From assembly GCA_965208105.1 (NCBI GenBank), contig OZ242318.1, positions 4,576,001-4,640,000 of the forward strand: a stretch of 64,000 nt of DNA, written 5' to 3'. Numbering within the stretch: position 1 is the stretch's first letter; every line of letters begins with the position of its first letter. A program made the position numbers and the translations under genes. Of the stretch, positions 30,353-38,868 are shown piece after piece. The notes beneath the pieces were generated by a model. That model did not search any database. It was given only the letters and a program-made list of their open reading frames with translations, and was not told the DNA's origin. Source of the DNA: Candidatus Latescibacterota bacterium. GTDB taxonomy: Bacteria > Latescibacterota > UBA2968 > UBA8231.

Positions 30353-30381
30353 ATATATCTCTATGCCCATTCCGATCTGTG

Positions 30382-31653
30382 ATGGCTGCAGTGTCGTTCT
30401 CATTTCATTTCGATTTCGAGCAGGTACTCCTGCAGGCCAGGGGCCTTCAACGCGGCTTGCAGGCGGGAGATCCCGACGCCCTTCAACGTCTCGAATCCCA
30501 CCATCCAGAGCGGCCGAACGGAGCGCGCTGGCGGTTGGCTGATGCCCAGCTCGTCGTGGCCCGCGAGCACGGCTTTGAATCCTGGGCGCAGTTAAGGCAC
30601 TACTCCGAGCCACAGCCCCAGTACCGGTCCGAGGACCTTGCGGATGGGCAGAATAGTTACATTACCGGACGTCCCTGGGAGGAGCAGGAAAGCAGGCTGC
30701 GCCGGCTGGCTGAGGAGGCTTTCTCCCGGTGCGGCTTCTCCCCGAGTCCCATGTCGATTGCAGGCCAGATGGGAAATTTCGGCTACAATGACTTCGCGCT
30801 CAGCGTGGCCACGGAGGGTGAGACCCCGTCGCACCTGGTCACCGTCCGCTACGCCCATGAACCATTTCCCCTCGTCGAGGTACACCGGCAGGTGGCATCA
30901 CTTTGTGCCTGGCTCCTGGCCTTGGCCAGGGACACGCAGGTCGAGGTCCAGGTTCCCGTACCCGACGAATCCGGAGAAGTTTGCCAACTCCTCGATCATC
31001 GGCCGGAGGGGCCGGCGGCTGTTTGTACGGTCCAGCGCTGGGTACCCGGAGAGGTCGTGGTCGGAGAGGATGAGCCTGTCGAGCTGTCGGAGGATACCCT
31101 GCGAGCCTTGGGCGAGCTTCTCGGGCACGTACACAACCACGGGAGCGCATGGTCGTGGCCGGCAGGCTTCAACCGGATCCGCATAGACTGGATGGGGGAG
31201 GTAGAAGAGGTGAGCCGTGACTACTGGAACGCTCGGGGCGACGAGAAGCTGAGCAGGGAGGAACTGTCGATATTGCGCAGGGCTGTGGCAGTCCTGACCG
31301 AATTTCGCAAGGCATCCGGAGAGTCCTGGGGGTTGACCCATGGTGATTTCCGGGCGGGGAACTGCGTTGAGCACGAAGGCCGCTACGCGCCGATAGACTT
31401 CGATACCTGTGCTTTGAGCTACCAACTCGACGACGTGGGGTGGTTCCTCGTGGATGTGGATGATCCCGCCATGCGCGGAGCCTTTCTGTCCGGCTACGCC
31501 CGAGTTGCACCGAGGCCATCATTGCGCTCGGTGGAAGGCGCCTTGATCGCGGCCCGGACACGGCGGTGCGCCTGGGGTGGCCCCCTGCCCGAAGGCCTGA
31601 TCAGGCAATGTGAGAAATATCTGTCGAATGAATCGTTCCTGTTCGCCTGGTAG
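30382..31653 (+). CDS. Phosphotransferase (APH/homoserine kinase type II-like) with an N-terminal AREHGFxSW domain
   Basis: LTHGDFRAGN and PIDFD kinase motifs; N-terminal ADAQLVVAREHGFESWAQL. Start uncertain. Confidence 0.8.
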   Translation: MAAVSFSFHFDFEQVLLQARGLQRGLQAGDPDALQRLESHHPERPNGARWRLADAQLVVAREHGFESWAQLRHYSEPQPQYRSEDLADGQNSYITGRPWEEQESRLRRLAEEAFSRCGFSPSPMSIAGQMGNFGYNDFALSVATEGETPSHLVTVRYAHEPFPLVEVHRQVASLCAWLLALARDTQVEVQVPVPDESGEVCQLLDHRPEGPAAVCTVQRWVPGEVVVGEDEPVELSEDTLRALGELLGHVHNHGSAWSWPAGFNRIRIDWMGEVEEVSRDYWNARGDEKLSREELSILRRAVAVLTEFRKASGESWGLTHGDFRAGNCVEHEGRYAPIDFDTCALSYQLDDVGWFLVDVDDPAMRGAFLSGYARVAPRPSLRSVEGALIAARTRRCAWGGPLPEGLIRQCEKYLSNESFLFAW

Positions 31654-31793
31654 GGTAACTTCATTTATCACCAGTAAGGCGGCGCAATTTTACCCTGATG
31701 AAGGCCGATAGCCATGTTCCGACTGGGGATGTTTCCGATCGCGGCCTCGACGCCCCGGCCTCCAGGCACGCCGTGAAGGTGAAAAGGAAGAAT

Positions 31794-33857
31794 ATGAGAT
31801 CAAGCTTTGTCTACCTGCTGGTTGCCTTTGCCGGCCTGTGCCTCCCGGTTTGCGCCCGGGGTCACCACCCTGAACCCTCCCCAATGGAAAAGCGGGTGGT
31901 GAAGGCGTTGCGCGCCGAAGAAAAGATTCTGATCGACGGCCATCTATCGGAGAAGGACTGGGACCACGCCGAAAAAGCCAGGGACTTTTTTCGAGCGCAG
32001 CCGAATCGTGGTGTGCGGGCGGTATTGAAGACGGAGGCGATGGTGCTCTACGACGACGCCACTCTCTACGTAGGCTTCCGCTGCTTCGAGCCGGACATGA
32101 CCCTTCTGCGCGAGACCCTGACCCGCCGGGACTCGCGCATCTGGCACGACGACGCGGTGGAAGTGGTGCTCGACACCTACGACGACGATCGCAACGGCTA
32201 CGTGTTCGGGGTCAATACCCTGGGAACCCAGATGGATGAACACATCGGCAACGAGTCGGTCTTTACCATGACCTGGGATGCCCGATGGGACGTCCGCGTG
32301 GCGAAGGGAGAGGACTTCTGGACCGCTGAATTCGCCATTCCGTTCTCCGAGCTGCGCTTCTCCACGGGCAACTCGACCTGGGGGATCAATTTCTGGCGCG
32401 CCCATCCCATAGACGGAGAATCCTATTCCTGGTCCGATACGGGTGGGAAATTCGGCAGAATCTCGGAGTTCGGCGAGCTGCGAGGTCTTTCACTCGGCGC
32501 CGCGGCGAAACAGAGGAAGCTGGGCATTCTCCCCTATGCCACCTATCGCGCCCTGGAGGAGTTGCCGGACGACCGCGGCTACGGAGTGGATTTCCTGATC
32601 CAGCCCTCCACCAACTTCACTACCAACCTCACCCTCAACCCGGATTTCTCCCAGCTGGAGAGCGATCCCACCCTGATCGATTTGACCAGTGACCGCGAGC
32701 TGTCTCTGCCGGAACGCCGGCCCTTCTTTCGCGATGGGGCGGATCTTTTCCGGCTTCCCCTGAACCTGTTCTACAGCCGGCGGGTTCAGGAAATTGACCT
32801 GGGATTGAAGACGAGCGGCAAAATAGGGGACTACAACTTTGCCGTGCTCGACACCTACGGCAAATTGATCGACCGCTACGACGGCGACCGCAAGAAACAG
32901 GCCAACCTTTTGAATGTCCGGGTCAATCGCGACCTGGGGGAGCGGGCGGTCGTAGGTTTCATGGGGGTTCAAAAGCACCAGGCGGACCGGGACTTGAGCC
33001 TGGTCTCAATGAACGGGCGGATCGCTCTGCGGAGGGACTGGTCCACTCAAATGCAGTATGTGATGAACCACGTGGGAGACGGCCTGCACTGGGCTTATCA
33101 CGCTTCCTCCAACTGGTCCAACGAGCAGGGTCTGTTCGCCAACCTCTCGCTGTCAGAGATTCAGGACGGGTTCCGCCCCAACGAGACGGGGCTGGAAGAC
33201 GAGGCCTACCGCAAATGGGTCGGGAGGCTCGGATACAGACATGAGTACCCGGAGGACCGCAGGCTGCAGTCCTATTTGATCAGGGCAACGTTTTACCACC
33301 AGACCGATGAGGACCAAAAGGTCCGGGAAAGGTACTCTTCGCTCTGGGGTAGCGTGAACGCGGATAGATTTGAATTCGTCGCCGTAGGCCGCCTGGGAGA
33401 ACAACGCGACGACGCCTTGTTCGATTGGAGAGAACTCAACCTGCAGGCGAGGTACAGCTCGACCTGGAGTGAGTTCATACTTTTCCAGAAGATCGGCAGG
33501 CGGCTGGACCGCAACGTTCGGCAGACCGACCTGAGGGCAGATGCCACCCTTTTCGACAAGGCTACCCTCTCGTTTTTCGGCGGCAGAGCTTATTGGCAGG
33601 GGAATCGCGAGACATGGTTCCTGCGCTTCAGCGCCAATTATCAGTTCACCCGCAAGGCCTCGAGCCGCATCTACTACGAGCGCATCGACGAGCGTCTCGC
33701 GCAGCGGGTGGATCACAATTTCAACTGTGTGCTGGACTACGAGTTCACGCCGGAGAGTCACTTCTACCTGGTTTTCCAGCGCACCCAGGACAGCCGCCGG
33801 GCGATCTTCGCCAAGCTGGCCTATCTCTTCGACACGAACCTCCTCGGCCGGCGCTGA
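31794..33857 (+). CDS. CBM9-like/DUF5916 outer-membrane protein, copy 2
   Basis: Collinear paralog of 26757-28823 with the same motifs. Confidence 0.85.
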   Translation: MRSSFVYLLVAFAGLCLPVCARGHHPEPSPMEKRVVKALRAEEKILIDGHLSEKDWDHAEKARDFFRAQPNRGVRAVLKTEAMVLYDDATLYVGFRCFEPDMTLLRETLTRRDSRIWHDDAVEVVLDTYDDDRNGYVFGVNTLGTQMDEHIGNESVFTMTWDARWDVRVAKGEDFWTAEFAIPFSELRFSTGNSTWGINFWRAHPIDGESYSWSDTGGKFGRISEFGELRGLSLGAAAKQRKLGILPYATYRALEELPDDRGYGVDFLIQPSTNFTTNLTLNPDFSQLESDPTLIDLTSDRELSLPERRPFFRDGADLFRLPLNLFYSRRVQEIDLGLKTSGKIGDYNFAVLDTYGKLIDRYDGDRKKQANLLNVRVNRDLGERAVVGFMGVQKHQADRDLSLVSMNGRIALRRDWSTQMQYVMNHVGDGLHWAYHASSNWSNEQGLFANLSLSEIQDGFRPNETGLEDEAYRKWVGRLGYRHEYPEDRRLQSYLIRATFYHQTDEDQKVRERYSSLWGSVNADRFEFVAVGRLGEQRDDALFDWRELNLQARYSSTWSEFILFQKIGRRLDRNVRQTDLRADATLFDKATLSFFGGRAYWQGNRETWFLRFSANYQFTRKASSRIYYERIDERLAQRVDHNFNCVLDYEFTPESHFYLVFQRTQDSRRAIFAKLAYLFDTNLLGRR

Positions 33858-33882
33858 TGGCAAAACATATAGGGATAATCAC

Positions 33883-34530
33883 ATGAGTCATTTCTACCTG
33901 TTCGGCGTGCTCGCGATTCTCCTGGCCGCGACCCCTCCCCCCGAAGCGGCGGCAGGTCCGGAGGACGACTATGGACGCAGCCGCCCCGGAGGCCTCAGAA
34001 TTCCCTGGGAGTCGCTTCTCCACGGTGACCGATTGGACGGATGGAGCACTACCGCAGCTTCAGGCGAGTGGTCCCGCGACGGTGATACAGTGGTTGGGAA
34101 CCTCGATGGCCAACGCAAATCCCACGTGTTCCAGGGCGATTCCACCTGGAAGAACTACGAGTATTCGCTTATGGTCACGCTTGACGAAGGTTCGAGCATG
34201 CAGTTCCCGTTCCGCGTCTCAGACGACAGGAGAGGTTTCTACTTTGTTGAATTCGATTTCGACTGGCAGACGATAAACGTGACGTTGCGCGAGCCTGACG
34301 TTCGTGGCGTCACCAAACTCAGCGTCGTCAACTATCCGCTCGAGAAAGGTCGCGAGTACCACCTTGTCATCTCGGCACGGCACCGCTCACTGACCACCTA
34401 CGTCCATGGCAAGCTCATCAACCAGGTTGCGGATGCAAGCTACGACTCGGGCGGGGTGGGAATCGGGATGTGGTGGGACACCCGGGCCAAATACCGCGAT
34501 CCCAAGATACGCCACTATAAATGGCCCTAG
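33883..34530 (+). CDS. DUF1080 (3-keto-disaccharide hydrolase-like) secreted protein
   Basis: Signal peptide; WESLLHGDRLDGW...WKNYE...GGVGIG...YRDPKIR. The stop TAG coincides with the MITE end. Confidence 0.7.
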   Translation: MSHFYLFGVLAILLAATPPPEAAAGPEDDYGRSRPGGLRIPWESLLHGDRLDGWSTTAASGEWSRDGDTVVGNLDGQRKSHVFQGDSTWKNYEYSLMVTLDEGSSMQFPFRVSDDRRGFYFVEFDFDWQTINVTLREPDVRGVTKLSVVNYPLEKGREYHLVISARHRSLTTYVHGKLINQVADASYDSGGVGIGMWWDTRAKYRDPKIRHYKWP

Positions 34531-34693
34531 TGTCCCGTCGCAGAAATATGTCGACATTATTCCGCCGATCCATCCCGGCTCACGGCGTTGCCTTCACTCG
34601 CCGTACACCACTGGTACGGCTCGCTCAGGCGCCTTGTGCGCTGGGCGCCTCGGCGGCCCAATTTCGTCAACCTATCTTTGCGATGGAACACTA
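34528..34693. mobile_element. 166-bp MITE, copy 2 (inverted relative to copy 1)
   Basis: CTAGTGTCCCGTCGCAGAAATATG...TATCTTTGCGATGGAACACTAG; the interior is the reverse complement of copy 1 with scattered substitutions. Confidence 0.85.
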
Positions 34694-34870
34694 GCTGGGA
34701 ACAAAGAATCGAGAACTTAAAGAGGTTTCTTGGAACGAGGTGGTAGCGAGTACTGACGCTTGACACGCCCGTACCAGCTTCGTCGCGCTTGCGCCTTCGC
34801 CCAACCGTTCGCGGTGCGGGGTTACTGAAACGTCGATTGAAATGCAATTCAGGCAGTTCTCGAAGGCAGG

Positions 34871-35665
34871 TTGACGTTGATAGTCGAGGAGCTACCGGGT
34901 CCGGTCCGAGCCCATCTGAAGGGTTTCGCCTCGAGTGGCGACAACCTCAGGACTGAATCGTGCGCCGACGTGTTCTCATTTGCTCACCCGAGCAAGCCGG
35001 GTTTGTTCCTCAAAATCAGAGATGCGCTCGCCGCGCCCCAGGAATCTGATCTTCGCGCCGAAGAAGAGGCCATGTCCTGGTTGCAAGGCAGGCTGAGTGT
35101 GCCCAGGGTGGTATGCTTCCACGAGGAAAACAATACGCAGTACCTGCTGATGACCCGAATAGCCGGGGTCGATGGTACCCACGAAGACGCCAGGACAAAT
35201 ATCCCGAGGCTGCTGCGCATGTTCGCTCATGGACTTCGCGATATCCACGCAATTCCAGTCGATTCGTGCCCGTTGGATTGGCGTTTTGAACGCTATTTTG
35301 CGTGGGTGACAGATCTGATTGATTCAGGAGTGCTGGATGGCCGGATACCCGAAGGGGGCAGCAGAAATGTCCTGAAGTCTGAACTGGCAAGAATACGAGC
35401 CCACCTGCCGCCAGAAGACCTGGTGTTTACCCACGGGGATTATTGCCTTCCCAATGTCATGATCCTCAAGGGCCACCTCAGTGGCTACATTGATTGGGGA
35501 TATGCAGGAATTGGAGACCGATATCTCGACTTTGTCGCCGCCTACTACACTATTCGCAGAAATCTGGGCGCTGAGTGGGTCCCCTTGTTTTTCCGGGAGT
35601 ATGGACAGGAGTTGGATCAGGCCAAGCTGGGCGTGTACCAAAGGATCCATGACTTCGTGGACTAG
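34871..35665 (+). CDS. APH(3')-family aminoglycoside phosphotransferase-like protein
   Basis: 264 aa; SCADVF, LFLK, EAMSWL, LHAIP-like IHAIPVDSCP, DLVFTHGDYCLPNV, GYIDWG.AGIGDRYLD. Confidence 0.85.
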   Translation: MTLIVEELPGPVRAHLKGFASSGDNLRTESCADVFSFAHPSKPGLFLKIRDALAAPQESDLRAEEEAMSWLQGRLSVPRVVCFHEENNTQYLLMTRIAGVDGTHEDARTNIPRLLRMFAHGLRDIHAIPVDSCPLDWRFERYFAWVTDLIDSGVLDGRIPEGGSRNVLKSELARIRAHLPPEDLVFTHGDYCLPNVMILKGHLSGYIDWGYAGIGDRYLDFVAAYYTIRRNLGAEWVPLFFREYGQELDQAKLGVYQRIHDFVD

Positions 35666-35726
35666 GAGAGGTGTCATGCGTTGGCCGGCGTACGCACCGG
35701 CTAGTGATCGGGCCGAGTCCCAATTC

Positions 35727-35828
35727 CTTTAACACTTCGGTACCTCGGCGCCTCATAGGCGCCTTGGCCCATACGGGCAACCTCTTTCGCTACGCACCGG
35801 GGGTTCGGTAACAGAGAAAACGTTATTG
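35727..35828 (+). repeat. Degenerate attC-like element
   Basis: CTTTAAC...GGCGCCTCATAGGCGCC hairpin...TGGCCCATACGGGCAA...GAAAACGTTATTG. Confidence 0.5.
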
Positions 35829-35833
35829 GAAAC

Positions 35834-36403
35834 GTGCGCGACAGGGAACGGGGAAGTGAGGCAGATAGCGTGGAATCCAAGCCTACCCTGAGTAATCGCC
35901 TCTACTACGAGGATTTAGACCAAGGTACGGTCGAGTTCGTACGGACCCTATACTCGGACTGGGACGTCTCAAGACATTTGTCGCGGGTTCCATTCCCTTT
36001 CAATCGCAACGACGCCGAAGAACTGGTCGCCGAGATGGCATCGGCTCGTGTTGCTGGCGATGCCTTTGCTTTCGTGATCAAGGAACGGTCGACTGACGCG
36101 GAAGTGGGTCTCATCGTGCTCAGAAGGTTGGAGGACTTGACGCTTCTGGGGTATTCTATCATTCCATCTCGGTGGAACATGGGATATGCCACGGAGGCGG
36201 CCAAAGCGATGACCGAATTCGCTTTCAGCGCGTTAGGGGCAAGCACAATTCAAGCGAGTACCACTGCAGAGAATATTGCTTCCGTGAGGGTTTTGGATAA
36301 ACTTGGATTCAAGGTGCATGAAAGGGATGTTCCCGAGAGCACTGTTCACAGTGGCGTTAGACCAGTTCAACGGTTCAGAATTTACAAAGAACCCTGGAAT
36401 TAG
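35834..36403 (+). CDS. RimJ/RimL-type GNAT acetyltransferase
   Basis: LGYSIIPSRWNMGYATEA...ENIASVRVLDKLGF. Confidence 0.9.
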   Translation: MRDRERGSEADSVESKPTLSNRLYYEDLDQGTVEFVRTLYSDWDVSRHLSRVPFPFNRNDAEELVAEMASARVAGDAFAFVIKERSTDAEVGLIVLRRLEDLTLLGYSIIPSRWNMGYATEAAKAMTEFAFSALGASTIQASTTAENIASVRVLDKLGFKVHERDVPESTVHSGVRPVQRFRIYKEPWN

Positions 36404-36425
36404 TCGGATTTTCAAGCGCACGATC

Positions 36426-36519
36426 CGGTAACAAGGTTGTGCTTGGCTGCGGCGCTGCTCGCGCCTCGACCTTCAGCAACCCAGTGCCCGGGATTTGCAA
36501 GTGGCGGAAAACGTTAAAT
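36426..36519 (+). repeat. Degenerate attC-like element
   Basis: CGGTAAC...GGCGCTGCTCGCGCC...TCGACCTTCAGCAA...GAAAACGTTAAAT (GTTRRRY match). Confidence 0.5.
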
Positions 36520-36579
36520 GAACGTGAGGTCAGGGCCAACCAGGAATTTTCAGAAATCCTGATCAAAGGGATCCCTTTG

Positions 36580-37860
36580 ATGCAAACGATCAGCGACAGC
36601 TTTTTGGGAAAGCAGATTCTTTGGCACGCGACCACTCGGGAAAACGCGGACGCGATCCGCAGAGAAGGATTCCGTCCAGCTCGGAAGTCCGGTCATAACC
36701 TGATCCGTCAGGCGACTTGGTTCTATCACGTCACGACATTTACTGAGGGCGGCGATACCGGACCTGACGTCGGCTTCGTTGTATCGGTCGATCTGATCTT
36801 GTATGAGCGCGGCCGGGATTACGCGCATGAAATGGAGAACACTGTAGTGTTCAAAGTCCCGCTACCACCCGATTGCCTCGTGGCGACACTGAACTGGCCC
36901 CAGATTACGGGCGCGCCGGCAGTGGTGGAGGCCCTTGGCAGCCAGTGGCAGGGCGACGTGATTTCCGACCTTGAAGAGTGTTGCTGCAACCCAGAAATCA
37001 CATGGTCCCAAAAGAAAAGCATCTCAGAGATGCTGTGGAGTTTGGCTCCGAACCGCTACTTTGATTCGGGCGTACTATGCCATCTGCTCGCTGCAGAGGT
37101 GCCGGGATTGAGCATCGACGAGGCCCAACGACATGCTTCGCTACTTCTCGAGCATTGTCCGAGATTTCTGAGTTCACTACTCCGACTTTATCACAAGACG
37201 TTTCTGAGTCCCCGTCTGGCTCGCGCAACAATGATTGCGGCTGGGAGGCATCTGCCGCCCGCGGGTGTGCTTGCCCTCGCTGAGGGCTTACCATCCTCAA
37301 AGGATTCTTGCCCAGAGGCAACGGAGGTCGCGAACTTCGCGCGAGCGATTCTCCCCAAACTTCCCACGGATGAACTCGTTCGCGGAGCTATCGAAATGGC
37401 GTCCATGCGTCATTTCCCAGGTAAAGATGCCGATTTTCAATATATCGGCGATTGGGTGGCCGAACGGGCAAACGAGGCAGAGGAAGCGGCATTTCACTAC
37501 ATCAAGTTTGCGGGTGATTCCTTTCCCGCGCGACATGCGGCGCACATAGCAAGAGATCTGGCCGTGCGGATCCTTCGAGAGATCGGCAAGGATTATTTCG
37601 AAAGCCTGATCGCCCTGGGCGATACGGACGATCTTGAGATATTATCTGGCGTAATCCGGGCCTTTGCTGATTTCCGCGACCAAAGGGCAGTACCTTTCCT
37701 TGCTTCCCGTCTCAGGGATGCCCGAAAGGGTCCGCGCTCCCAGGCAGTGCGTGCGTTGGGTAGTATCGGCACTCCCGAAGCCCTGGCTGCAGTGCGGTCC
37801 ATTGCCAACGATAAAAGGAAGGTTGTGCGGAAGGCGGTGCAACAGGCGCTGGAGGTGTGA
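36580..37860 (+). CDS. HEAT-repeat protein with an N-terminal ADP-ribosyltransferase/KptA-like domain
   Basis: C-terminal RAVPFLASRLRD...RSQAVRALGSIGTPEAL...VVRKAVQQAL (HEAT); N-terminal LWHATT...AIRREGF. Confidence 0.65.
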   Translation: MQTISDSFLGKQILWHATTRENADAIRREGFRPARKSGHNLIRQATWFYHVTTFTEGGDTGPDVGFVVSVDLILYERGRDYAHEMENTVVFKVPLPPDCLVATLNWPQITGAPAVVEALGSQWQGDVISDLEECCCNPEITWSQKKSISEMLWSLAPNRYFDSGVLCHLLAAEVPGLSIDEAQRHASLLLEHCPRFLSSLLRLYHKTFLSPRLARATMIAAGRHLPPAGVLALAEGLPSSKDSCPEATEVANFARAILPKLPTDELVRGAIEMASMRHFPGKDADFQYIGDWVAERANEAEEAAFHYIKFAGDSFPARHAAHIARDLAVRILREIGKDYFESLIALGDTDDLEILSGVIRAFADFRDQRAVPFLASRLRDARKGPRSQAVRALGSIGTPEALAAVRSIANDKRKVVRKAVQQALEV

Positions 37861-37905
37861 GAACATCGGGGAGAGTTTAGGTGCCCCTGAGAATTATCCC
37901 TCCTC

Positions 37906-38002
37906 GTTTAGCCGCTCGGTTTCGCGCCGTGACCCTGTCGCTTCTTGGCCTTCGGCAATCCCTCGAAAAGCTCAGGGCGCGCAAACCGGCAGATCGTTAA
38001 GT
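37906..38002 (+). repeat. attC-like element (best preserved)
   Basis: GTTTAGC..CGGTTTCGCGCCGTGA pairs with TCAGGGCGCGCAAACCG with one bulged base; TTGGCCTTCGGCAA core; ends GTTAAGT (GTTRRRY). Confidence 0.55.
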
Positions 38003-38039
38003 ACAATCGCTCGAGCGCTCAGGTTGTCCCGCTCGAATC

Positions 38040-38819
38040 ATGGTTTCAATGGCATACGACGGCATGCAACTAAATTCAGCGGATTTCGCTGAGCTCGCGA
38101 ATACTCTGGGTGACACCCCCGAGACTGCGGTGTCGGTATACCTTTTGAGAAAACGACTGTGCAAGGCCTTTGTCGCAGGAAGTCCCACCTCATTCAGCGC
38201 GGCTATCGTCCAAGGCCGCTTCGATTCAGAAGAACCCATGGGATTTGGTGCCGATCCACGATCACTTTGGGAATTGCTCCGGTTGGTGCAGGGTTGGGGT
38301 TGTATCAGTGTGCCTTCACAATGCGCCAGACCGCTTGGTGATCTGCTGGAGAATTCCTACGGAGTAAAAGTACGCTACTACGGCGACGTCTATCATTCGT
38401 TGGCGAGGCCGGTCAGATTGTTCACCGATGAACTTGTCCGCGAATTGACCATGCAGGACCTGCCCTTGATTGCCTCCGCACCCGCCGAGATTCAGGGTGG
38501 TGGCTACGAGGATGCGGGAGCGATGCTCTCTGAGGGAATTGTTGCGGGAGCTGTTGATGGGGGACGGTTGGTGTCAATAGCCCACACGAGCGGGGTCACT
38601 GATCTTCATGGCGAAATCGGGGTCGGCACTCTTGAACCCTGGCGCAAAAGAGGCCTGTGCAGTGCCGCCGCCTCGATAGTATCGAATCGGCTCCAGGAAG
38701 GGGGACGGGTCCCGGTTTGGAGCACAGGAGAGGACAACCTGGCCTCTTTGCGAGTTGCAGCGAAACTCGGCTTTCGAGAGGTCTCCCGCAGGACCTACGT
38801 GATTCAGGTCAGGGGTTGA
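38040..38819 (+). CDS. GNAT family acetyltransferase
   Basis: EIGVGTLEPWRKRGLCSAAA...WSTGEDNLASLRVAAKLGF. Confidence 0.9.
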   Translation: MVSMAYDGMQLNSADFAELANTLGDTPETAVSVYLLRKRLCKAFVAGSPTSFSAAIVQGRFDSEEPMGFGADPRSLWELLRLVQGWGCISVPSQCARPLGDLLENSYGVKVRYYGDVYHSLARPVRLFTDELVRELTMQDLPLIASAPAEIQGGGYEDAGAMLSEGIVAGAVDGGRLVSIAHTSGVTDLHGEIGVGTLEPWRKRGLCSAAASIVSNRLQEGGRVPVWSTGEDNLASLRVAAKLGFREVSRRTYVIQVRG

Positions 38820-38868
38820 ACGATGGTGCGCGGAAGCTACTGCACTTGTTGCGGGAAGCGGCAGATAG

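Noticed and set aside
34714-34850. Additional attC-like element before the APH gene (also 29760-29810 and 38820-38875)
   Set aside because: Only weak end similarity, with no clear stem or shared core; not enough to call.
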